DNA from: a virus
Taxonomy: Duplodnaviria; Caudoviricetes
DNA: 64,000 bases
IMG/VR virus record: IMGVR_UViG_3300014204_000145
Coordinates: 26,834 to 90,833 of that record
Direction: 5' to 3' (one strand)
The translations under genes were made by a program, and so were the position numbers. Below the pieces are notes generated by a model. The model saw nothing but the letters and a program-made list of their open reading frames with translations. It did no database searches and had not been told where the DNA came from. Positions 19,516-27,529 of the stretch are shown piece by piece. Numbering within the stretch: the first letter of the stretch is position 1; each line of letters starts with the position of its first letter.

Positions 19516-20937
19516 TTAAAAGTTTTTAACTGTTGTTGTTGGAATTGAAATTTTCTTAAATTGTTGTATTGTTTTTAAACTGTCTGTAATGCTAGAACAA
19601 GCATCTAATTTAGCTTGATATGATTGTGTATCATACTTAGCTGAGATTTTAGGTAGTTTAGGTTTTGTAATACCAGGAAATAACTCTTCTCCTCCATAGA
19701 TTTGTTCTAAATCTTGTAAGGTTATTTTTTGATAAGGTCTAGGCTCAGTTATAACATTCCATTTCATACGGAAATGCGAATCAAACCAGCTTTTACCGTA
19801 TTCATCTAATTTAGGCATACCACATTCTTCTCTAATATAAGCAGCTCTATCTCTACCATCATATACATCAGGTTTAGGTTGTAAACCTTGTAAAGGTTCT
19901 ACAAAAGTTCTAGAAACATGTAAATCATGGCCATCAGCTATTCTAAATTTAAACCCTGCAGAATCAAAGCTTTTACTTTCCCCTTTACGATATATATTAG
20001 GTAATTCAGAGTCTTCTTCTAAAACAAAAAATTCAGGGTTATTAGAGTGTTTAGAAGCTTTGTAACATTTGTTTTTTATAAAAGCTTTGTTAGCAGCTTG
20101 ATTTGCATAAGTACAAATTACATAAAATTCTTTAGGTGTTTCAATAACTTTAGCTTTTTTAAAGTCTTCTAAAGAACAATATTTACCTTGTTCAATACAA
20201 TAGTCTAACCAATCTTTTTCTTCTTCTGTGGCTATTCTGCAAGTTCTATCAGAAGCATAAGAGCTTATATGACAAAAACTTCCATTTTCTTGCATACCAT
20301 CTTTATTATTTTTCTCTATACAAAAACTGTGTCTTGCTCTTGTAGGGTCAGCTTCAATCCCAAAATCACTAATAATAAGTATAAATTCATTATAACATGC
20401 TTTTAAAACTAAATAGTCTCCTATTTTAAAACCTTCTCTTTCTAATGGAGAAACATAAGGAGTTTTTACTGTAGGGTCAGGTATTTCATAAGCTCCTATT
20501 TCTAAATCATTATTAGCCATAGTATGATTCAAGTAAAGCTTACCTTTATCTTCAAATCTAATATCTGTGAAACTGTATTTCATACCACTTACCACAACAG
20601 CAGAGCTAATTTTACCAAACATACCAGCTCGTTTAGGAAAACAATACCATTTACCTACTTCAAATTTAGTGAGTTCTTTACCTTCACTATTATAATATTT
20701 AATAGGTTTAGGTTTTTCTGATTCTTTTAACCATTGTTCAAATTCTTGTTGGGCATCGTAACAACCCTCAGGTGTTTCAAATAAGTAGTCTATAGTAGAA
20801 GTTTTTTCTCTAATATAGTAGTGTCTTTGATAGTCTCCTTGTCCATCAAAACTTGTTTCTAATGCACCTTTACTTTGTAAAAATTCTATTATCTTAGAGT
20901 CTTTTCTACTAGAGCCTCTTATAAATCCTTTATACAT
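19516..20937 (-). CDS. 473-aa mosaic modular protein related to 13261-16497
   Basis: FEVGKWY, FKIGDYL...RIATEEEK modules; N-terminal FLxxKGA...YYI...QEF module also found inside the larger protein. Confidence 0.7.
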   Translation of the reverse strand: MYKGFIRGSSRKDSKIIEFLQSKGALETSFDGQGDYQRHYYIREKTSTIDYLFETPEGCYDAQQEFEQWLKESEKPKPIKYYNSEGKELTKFEVGKWYCFPKRAGMFGKISSAVVVSGMKYSFTDIRFEDKGKLYLNHTMANNDLEIGAYEIPDPTVKTPYVSPLEREGFKIGDYLVLKACYNEFILIISDFGIEADPTRARHSFCIEKNNKDGMQENGSFCHISSYASDRTCRIATEEEKDWLDYCIEQGKYCSLEDFKKAKVIETPKEFYVICTYANQAANKAFIKNKCYKASKHSNNPEFFVLEEDSELPNIYRKGESKSFDSAGFKFRIADGHDLHVSRTFVEPLQGLQPKPDVYDGRDRAAYIREECGMPKLDEYGKSWFDSHFRMKWNVITEPRPYQKITLQDLEQIYGGEELFPGITKPKLPKISAKYDTQSYQAKLDACSSITDSLKTIQQFKKISIPTTTVKNF

Positions 20938-21341
20938 AATCTTATTTTTAGTTAATAATTAGTTTAATTGTAAAAACTCTCTCCTAGCATTAATGTAGAT
21001 GTGTAAACACATGAAATTACCGATTTTAATAGAATATAATACTTAATGTATAAGGAAGCGTAGGAGAGAGTATGTTGTAAGAAAAAGATTAGTGATACCT
21101 ATCCTTTGAGGTATAACTCATAAATCGTTTTCTTAAAGTTTTTAATGTTTTGTTTAAAATCCAAGATTTAGTCTGATAACCTTGGGAAGAGTTGTTGTAA
21201 ATTCATGAAGTTTTACTTAAGAAGCTGCACATAGCTCCTGAATAATAAATAGTCTTAATTAAGTTGTTAGGAAGTTATAATACTTCAGTACTAAGTTAAT
21301 TTTGCCCATCAAAGGAAAACTATTTACTATTAGATTTTAAA

Positions 21342-21550
21342 AATAAGTTACTGATGATAAACATCTATATAAAACTAATCTTTTCGCACGTAAGTTCACC
21401 AAAAGATGGTTGAGTACCCGACAGTGTACTAGGTTCCGATGCGCAGTAATGTGTCTTATCTATCTTGTTTTATATTAACACCAACCAATATTCTATGCTT
21501 CTCAATCAATTGAAGCCATCCTGTTTAAGAACTTGGTTCAGTAACTTATT
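21342..21550 (-). ncRNA. Putative multi-helix structured ncRNA
   Basis: 13-bp perfect terminal stem AATAAGTTACTGA/TCAGTAACTTATT plus internal helices; no ORF; strand inferred from context. Confidence 0.5.
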
Positions 21551-21561
21551 AGATTTTAATG

Positions 21562-21634
21562 CAGCAAAGGCTGGACTTGAACCAACAACCTCCTGCAGGC
21601 CGTGCAGGTACTCCGCCAATTGAGCTTCTTTGCT
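21562..21634 (-). tRNA. tRNA-like gene with non-canonical anticodon loop (nominal GGC)
   Basis: Acceptor AGCAAAG/CTTTGCT, D-arm GCTC/GAGT, anticodon arm CCTGC-ACGGCCT-GCAGG (no U33, no purine 37), T-loop TTCAAGT. Confidence 0.7.
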
Positions 21635-21926
21635 TATCATTTATTTTTATTACGTAATTATTATAAATGAACTTAACTTCTTCACAAAGTTAAATGTTTT
21701 TAAAAACAGCACTCTTCGACTCCTCTGGTTAATGTAACTACTTTGTGCACTTTCATTACAATGGTTTGCTAAGTATAGGGTGTTGTTATGTTTTAATTTT
21801 GTTTAGTTTTATGATATTCAATATCTAAACCACATTCATAACAGTATATACCATCATAAATGCTTTGACAATTTGGACATATATGTATAAAATTGCCTTC
21901 TATTTGGTCTAATAAATCTTCATCCA

Positions 21927-22100
21927 TTATTCTAATTCTATAGGTTCATCTAACCATGTTAATTGTTTTCCTATAAGTTTTAGTGATGTCCCTTTAGGTA
22001 CATTTATATGAAAACTCATATCCCATAATCCTGGGCCTCTACGAGGTAAAGTATCATAAATATATTCATCACCATCCTCGTCAACTGCTATAAACGACAT
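21927..22100 (-). CDS. 57-aa conserved-type Bacteroidota phage protein
   Basis: Hand-translated MSFIAVDEDGDEYIY...VPKGTSLKLIGKQLTWLDEPIELE. Confidence 0.6.
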   Translation of the reverse strand: MSFIAVDEDGDEYIYDTLPRRGPGLWDMSFHINVPKGTSLKLIGKQLTWLDEPIELE

Positions 22101-22119
22101 AATTTTATGTTTTAATTGA

Positions 22120-22407
22120 TTAATAAATATCTCTTCTATGAGATTTGCTTACTTTTTGCATTCTGTGTTGAGGCTTATTGTATTTATCAGAACTAAATTC
22201 TATTCTTAATTCTGTTTCTGTATCGCACCTAAATACTATTTTACCCACATCACCTTCTCTTATTACAAATCTACCAAGTTTAGAATGGTGTTGACAATAA
22301 TGCTTTCCATTAATAATATGTACAGCATCTTTATCACAAGTAAATTTTTCTTTATAGCCAGAGGAACAACCATAAGGTGTTATTATTTTACTGAATTCAC
22401 ATTCCAT
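22120..22407 (-). CDS. Hypothetical protein with Cys/His cluster
   Basis: 95-aa ORF, CDKDA...HYCQHH. Confidence 0.55.
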   Translation of the reverse strand: MECEFSKIITPYGCSSGYKEKFTCDKDAVHIINGKHYCQHHSKLGRFVIREGDVGKIVFRCDTETELRIEFSSDKYNKPQHRMQKVSKSHRRDIY

Positions 22408-22440
22408 ATTATTAGTAATTTAATTGATTAATAATAAAAT

Positions 22441-23019
22441 AATTAATAATCTGACTCAACATATGATAATGTTGTTACCAGATAGTACCCTTTGACAATT
22501 AGTGGGTTAGTATTAATTATTATAAGAAAATAATAAACAGTAATCTTTACCTTTTAGAAAGGGATAGTCGAGGCCTCGTTTTGAATAAGTATACACTTAA
22601 ACTTCGAAATTTAGTCGGCTTCTCCAAGAGCTATACTTTACTGTTTATTATTATAAGAAAGTAACAAGTAAGGATATTTTTTTACAGTCTTCCCGAGTAA
22701 CTGTTTTACATTGGCGGTTAACTCCAAAAACTAACCTTATCAGTGAAAGTACTCACTTGTCACTATATTTTAAAAATGGTGGTAATAGCTTCAGCACTTC
22801 TGCTCTGAACCCTTTTAAGTTTAAAGTGCAGTTCGGGATACTGCATTACAGTTTTTCATTACCACCATTATTGATAAGTACATGTTTGTTTATAAATTCT
22901 TCGCATTAATATCTTGCGTGAATAACCAGGAATTGACTTTTGGTAGACTTCCTGAACTTTCTTCTACCTACATGGACTATATTTTAAAGGAGCTACTCAA
23001 CGGAACTTTATACTTATCA
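22441..23019 (-). ncRNA. Tandem array of five terminal-stem-closed putative ncRNAs
   Basis: Inverted-repeat-bounded units 22441-22518, 22529-22652, 22660-22764, 22775-22869, 22872-23019 with 2-10-nt spacers; no ORFs in the track. Confidence 0.5.
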
Positions 23020-23050
23020 TAATTCTTATCGCTGTGTTATCTTCACTCCT

Positions 23051-23797
23051 TTATTTCTTTCTATTATTTTCAAACCAAGTGTTAAATCTTTTTAACCATT
23101 CTGCTTCATTCTCTTCATCATCATTACAAGGTTCATAATAAGTTTCAGGATAAGTTATATCTTTACAACATTGCAATAACATCTTTCTAACTTCATCTTC
23201 GGTATAAGTAATTTGTTTTTGAGTTATAATAATACCCCTATCTTTAACTAATAAATCTTGTTCTACAATTGTTACAAATCCGTTTGTTAGTTTAATTTTA
23301 CCAACATTATGGTGTTGTAATCCTTTACCACCAATTTGCCCTGTTGGTATAAATCCACCACTAATAACAGTTGTATGTTCTCTAGCAACTTCAACATCCT
23401 CAAACTTACCACTTGCATTATATTGTTCAATTGCTTTTTGAATATCTTCTGGGGATATTTGGTCTTGAGTTGCTATGATTTTTTTGAACCTGTTAATGCC
23501 TTGAATAGTGTGTACCTTACCATCTATAGGGTTTAAAAATGTTATAGCATCATCGTGAATTTTTTCAACAATTATGATATTATTACCAAAATAAAGTTTA
23601 TCTGCAACTTCAATCTTTTCTTCTGGGGCAAGAGATACGAGTATCAATTCCATTGCTATAGTAGGAGTCTTGATGTTGGAGTCATAATAACCTATTTTAC
23701 CGTTTGACACTATAGAGTGTTTTAATATACAAGGATAAGCTCTATCCTCATTATCTTTTGTCTCAACCAATATAGGTCTTACTTTAATTGTTTTCAT
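23051..23797 (-). CDS. Hypothetical protein
   Basis: 248-aa ORF. Confidence 0.65.
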   Translation of the reverse strand: MKTIKVRPILVETKDNEDRAYPCILKHSIVSNGKIGYYDSNIKTPTIAMELILVSLAPEEKIEVADKLYFGNNIIIVEKIHDDAITFLNPIDGKVHTIQGINRFKKIIATQDQISPEDIQKAIEQYNASGKFEDVEVAREHTTVISGGFIPTGQIGGKGLQHHNVGKIKLTNGFVTIVEQDLLVKDRGIIITQKQITYTEDEVRKMLLQCCKDITYPETYYEPCNDDEENEAEWLKRFNTWFENNRKK

Positions 23798-24156
23798 TAG
23801 ATTAAATTATTTAAAGTGTATAATATCGCTTCATTGCAGGCTTCTGTTGGTGTGTCTAATTGGGGATGTGATTTAGCTAATTGGGTGGTTGAATCAGTTT
23901 TTTGGATATCATATTCATATCTTTTAGGGTATAGCATTACTACACTTATCCAAATCCCATGTTTCTCATATATCCACATCACAACTTCTGCTATTGTTGG
24001 GGCATCGTAATAATCAAAGTATTTTGTGCATTGTAAGGAAGGGAATTCGGAATCGTATCTTAATTCACCATCTATATTGTAATAATCACAAGATTCATTA
24101 TCAAAACCCTTCTCTTTTAATAGTTTTGCTATTTCAAATGTTACTGTTGTATTCAT
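23797..24156 (-). CDS. Hypothetical protein, paralogue of 9940-10395
   Basis: AKLLKEKGFD...APTIAEVVMW. Confidence 0.65.
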   Translation of the reverse strand: MNTTVTFEIAKLLKEKGFDNESCDYYNIDGELRYDSEFPSLQCTKYFDYYDAPTIAEVVMWIYEKHGIWISVVMLYPKRYEYDIQKTDSTTQLAKSHPQLDTPTEACNEAILYTLNNLI

Positions 24157-24710
24157 ATTATATAAGTTTAGTTAATTTAAAGTTAAAAACTCTTATTTTA
24201 TGTAACTACTCCTTTGGTTGACTACCACTAAGCATTTATAACCTCCATGTGTATTTTGGGTAGCATAGATGTCAAGTACAATACAGTATTTTCGTGTTAA
24301 TAAAATAAGAGTTATATTATTACAATATTCTGTCTTCACTTTGGGTTCCTCATCAACGAATGTGATGTGAGCCTCCATATGGACTACCACCAAAGGATTG
24401 AACAGTTTTAATTGTAATGATTATAGTATTATGTGTCTGCTATTAAAGTCGCAGATTCGTTTCAAGCTATCACATATTTCACTTCGATGACTGGTTACAT
24501 CTACATTTAATAAGGCATCTCACCTCTTTACACTGACGGTTACAGTCACCTTACATATTTCTACTAAGGCAGGTTTAAGACTTTTTAGTGTGGCTGTTTC
24601 ATAAAAACTAGCTTAAATATTTTTCTTTATAAATTATTAACAAAAGCACATTAACCGTTATGTTACAAACTGATAAATGCTGACTCTATATCTTTTTTGT
24701 TAATATATCG

Positions 24711-25004
24711 TTAATGTTTATAATAATAAGTTTTACCTGATAATCCTTCTGTTAATGAACTGTCTATTAATATTGTATCATTACACCTATTAATTTCATA
24801 TTCATAGATTTTATTAGTTGGAGCAGGTTTGATGTTAACATCACTATAAACAATATCTGTTAATATTATAATTACTATACACAGTATTGTAATTATAATA
24901 CATAATACTCCAGATAATATTTCTGTGTCCAAAAGTAATAATATTCCAAACATTAGTGTAAAAGCAGCCCCTAATAATAAGAAGCATATAAAAAATATTT
25001 CCAT
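24711..25004 (-). CDS. Membrane protein (2 TM)
   Basis: Two long hydrophobic stretches at the N-terminus. Confidence 0.6.
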   Translation of the reverse strand: MEIFFICFLLLGAAFTLMFGILLLLDTEILSGVLCIIITILCIVIIILTDIVYSDVNIKPAPTNKIYEYEINRCNDTILIDSSLTEGLSGKTYYYKH

Positions 25005-25008
25005 AATT

Positions 25009-25302
25009 TTATTTATTAGGTATTAATTCTGCACTTGCTGAAGAATATACTGTAGAGTCATTACCATATGTTATTATAGTGATTCTATCTCTAAGCATTT
25101 TTTCTTTCTCTTTATCAGTTATATCACATATAACTTCTTTATCAGCTCTTGTATTCCATACTGTTAAAGTATCATATATTGTAGCACCTACAGTATAAGA
25201 TTTAGTCTTATACATATTTGTTACTTCATAACAGTTTTTAACAAGGTCTCTTTCACAACTGTATCCTAATACAATTGTAATGAATAGTAATAATTTCCTC
25301 AT
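25009..25302 (-). CDS. Putative lipoprotein
   Basis: MRKLLLFITIVLGYSC: signal peptide ending in a lipobox-like Cys. Confidence 0.6.
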   Translation of the reverse strand: MRKLLLFITIVLGYSCERDLVKNCYEVTNMYKTKSYTVGATIYDTLTVWNTRADKEVICDITDKEKEKMLRDRITIITYGNDSTVYSSASAELIPNK

Positions 25303-25462
25303 AGTTTTATATTTTAGGTTAATAATTTCTTAGGGAAGCAAGGAGTATTGAGGTTACAAATCTCACTCCTTGCTATTTGCTACTCACTCAGTAGCCAATG
25401 TCTTACTGTACATTAGTTTAAACGTAAACTGTTCTCTGTAAGAGGAGCAACTAACCGTGTAG

Positions 25463-25533
25463 AAGTCTATACTGGATTTGAACCAGTATCCACATGCATA
25501 GGCATATGTTCTAACCAATTGATATAATAGACT
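25463..25533 (-). tRNA. tRNA-like gene with shrunken anticodon loop (identity undetermined)
   Basis: Acceptor AGTCTAT/ATAGACT, T-arm ACTGG-TTCAAAT-CCAGT; anticodon arm ATATGC-CTAT-GCATGT. Confidence 0.65.
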
Positions 25534-25723
25534 GTATTATTAAGCTTTTCACTTATTTGTGAGCACGCACTCATTTCCTTACAACTAAGTATGTAACACT
25601 GTTCGCCCTAATTTTATTTGTGTGAGTGGGCACGATTAGACATAATGATTTGCTTCTCTAAGAAGACTTATTAACATTATTTCTTCATAAAACCTCCTGT
25701 TAATTTAATTTGTAATTATGCAG

Positions 25724-25796
25724 TAGTCCATGAAGGAATTGAACCTTCGTTTAATGGTGGAAAACCATTTATCCTAACGAACTAGATGAATGGGCC
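25724..25796 (-). tRNA. tRNA-Glu(TTC), divergent
   Basis: GGCCCATTCATCTAG...AATGG-TTTTCCA-CCATT...GAAGG-TTCAATT-CCTTC-ATGGACT-A; one C-A mismatch in the acceptor stem; no encoded CCA. Confidence 0.8.
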
Positions 25797-25884
25797 GTGT
25801 TACTACTACTTTATAGTAATAGTAATTTATTAGAAAGACTATAATATCATCTATCCTTTGAGATGCTTACGTAAATAGTATTTC

Positions 25885-26187
25885 TTATTTTTTAATTAGT
25901 ATTGTGTCTATTGGTACTATTTCATACTTTACAGAATCTGCAGTATTAATAGGTATTTTCTTATAGATGATTTCTATTTGTTGCTTACCATTCATATAAT
26001 CTTTGATGTTATCAAGCTTTCTGTTATCATCATCAATTATTAAATAAGCTAATAATGCTAATAAGATTGTGATAGAGCAAATAGAGATACCATAGACATG
26101 AGTATCTTCTTGTATGTATCCATATATATTCATTACTACTAAAAGTGCAAATATTACTATGAGCCAAACTATTGCAAATGTTGTCAT
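25885..26187 (-). CDS. Membrane protein (2 TM)
   Basis: Two hydrophobic helices. Confidence 0.6.
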   Translation of the reverse strand: MTTFAIVWLIVIFALLVVMNIYGYIQEDTHVYGISICSITILLALLAYLIIDDDNRKLDNIKDYMNGKQQIEIIYKKIPINTADSVKYEIVPIDTILIKK

Positions 26188-26195
26188 AATTTTAA

Positions 26196-26885
26196 TTATT
26201 TAAGTTGTAAAGCAATTTCAGTTATTTGTAATAATGCACCATACTTAGGATTAATAAATCCTGTTAACATAGATGTAAAATGATAAATAGATAACAGAGA
26301 TAAGCTAATACATGCTGCTAAATGAGTATACTTAAATATTAAACTTAATGTATTATTACTAGCATCTGGAGCTATTTGAGGACATGAATATTCTTCTTCT
26401 CCTATTTCAACATTAGGTATAGTAAGTTGTGCTCTAGGATGACTTGGTTCATGTTTAGTATAATAATTATCATAAGTAGGATTAAGCCCTTCTCCAAATA
26501 CAGGTCTTTTAAGTGTAATATAACTTATATTCTTAGGATTAGGTTTTAATCTATTATAGAATAGCCACCAATTAAATATTGCAGATAGTGTAAGTATTAA
26601 ATAACATACAGACCATACTAATTGTTGTTTAATTAATATATCCCATACATTTACTGCAGTAGTTTTAAGACCATTAGATATTGATATAATAGCTTGTTCT
26701 ATTTTAGGAGTTAAATCCTTAATATCACTATAAGCTGTTTTAACAATATCTTTAGAGTCATTATATACTGTAGATACACCTTCTTCAACTTTAGCTGAAT
26801 GTTTATCTATTTGTTTTGTTGTTTCATTACTATATACTCCTAAGGAGAATAGTATTAATAAGATTGATAATATTGTAGTTTTCAT
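26196..26885 (-). CDS. Signal-peptide-bearing membrane protein
   Basis: N-terminal signal plus two further hydrophobic segments. Confidence 0.65.
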   Translation of the reverse strand: MKTTILSILLILFSLGVYSNETTKQIDKHSAKVEEGVSTVYNDSKDIVKTAYSDIKDLTPKIEQAIISISNGLKTTAVNVWDILIKQQLVWSVCYLILTLSAIFNWWLFYNRLKPNPKNISYITLKRPVFGEGLNPTYDNYYTKHEPSHPRAQLTIPNVEIGEEEYSCPQIAPDASNNTLSLIFKYTHLAACISLSLLSIYHFTSMLTGFINPKYGALLQITEIALQLK

Positions 26886-26964
26886 GGTTAATTAGTTATT
26901 AGTTAGTTTAGGTAATCAAGAGTATTATAAGTAAGTTAGTTTAGGTAGGAGCTTATCTAAATAA

Positions 26965-26994
26965 AGTAAAGAGTGATATTACTCACTCTTTACT
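26965..26994 (-). terminator. Intrinsic terminator
   Basis: 12-bp perfect stem AGTAAAGAGTGA/TCACTCTTTACT just after 27011-27529. Confidence 0.65.
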
Positions 26995-27010
26995 ATATAG
27001 ATTTTGTTGA

Positions 27011-27529
27011 TTATGCTTCAAATGGAGCTTTTTCAGCAACAGGTTTAGTTGTTTTTTTATCTGCTGTGAATTCTACCTCAACTGCAGGTATAGATTCTTC
27101 ATCATCTGCAAACATTGCATCTGATATTTTAGAACCTGCTGAAATAGGAAGAGGATTGTATGAAGTAATTAACAAGGCTGTTTCGCTTGTTTTAGTTGTA
27201 ACTTCTCCTACTACTATTTCGATAACTTCCCCTTTTGAAGGCATATAATCTTTTGAACGAATACCAAACGATAATGAATGGTTGGTTGCACCATTGAAAT
27301 CTCCTTCTTTACAATGTTGTTTGAACTTTGCAAGGTGGAATGCTGTCATAGCATTAACATTACCTATTGATGCTTGAATAGAACCGTCTGAGAGTTCTTT
27401 ATAAGCTTTACCCGTTAAGGCAAGGTACTGAGTATCGTTTGTAACTTTAACTTGATATTTACCTGGTTTAGTGATAAATACTCTTGATTTTGCAATGCGT
27501 TGAGCTTGCTCTAATGTTTCTACTGCCAT
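27011..27529 (-). CDS. First gene of left arm; possible ssDNA-binding-like protein
   Basis: Beta-rich core with acidic/low-complexity tail ending APFEA; function is a guess. Confidence 0.4.
   Translation of the reverse strand: MAVETLEQAQRIAKSRVFITKPGKYQVKVTNDTQYLALTGKAYKELSDGSIQASIGNVNAMTAFHLAKFKQHCKEGDFNGATNHSLSFGIRSKDYMPSKGEVIEIVVGEVTTKTSETALLITSYNPLPISAGSKISDAMFADDEESIPAVEVEFTADKKTTKPVAEKAPFEA

Noticed and set aside
21351-21357. CTGATGA hammerhead-core-like word (also CTGATAAG in unit 22660-22764 on the minus strand)
   Set aside because: No correctly placed stem II plus GAAA, so not a hammerhead ribozyme.
24193-24393. 66-aa minus-strand ORF in the track
   Set aside because: Composition is unconvincing and there is no clear AT-rich initiation region; left unannotated.
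25380-25462. Theta/HDV-like ribozyme at tRNA 3' ends
   Set aside because: Could not build the P1-P4 nested pseudoknot after any of the five tRNA-like genes by hand.
1127-27248. Plus-strand ORFs in the left arm (e.g. 1127-1309, 2714-2923, 3488-3715, 5377-5646, 6393-6578, 7921-8112, 10371-10607, 13207-13425, 20524-20721, 23336-23536, 23816-24221, 26973-27248)
   Set aside because: Antisense shadows of well-supported minus-strand genes, with low-complexity hydrophobic translations.
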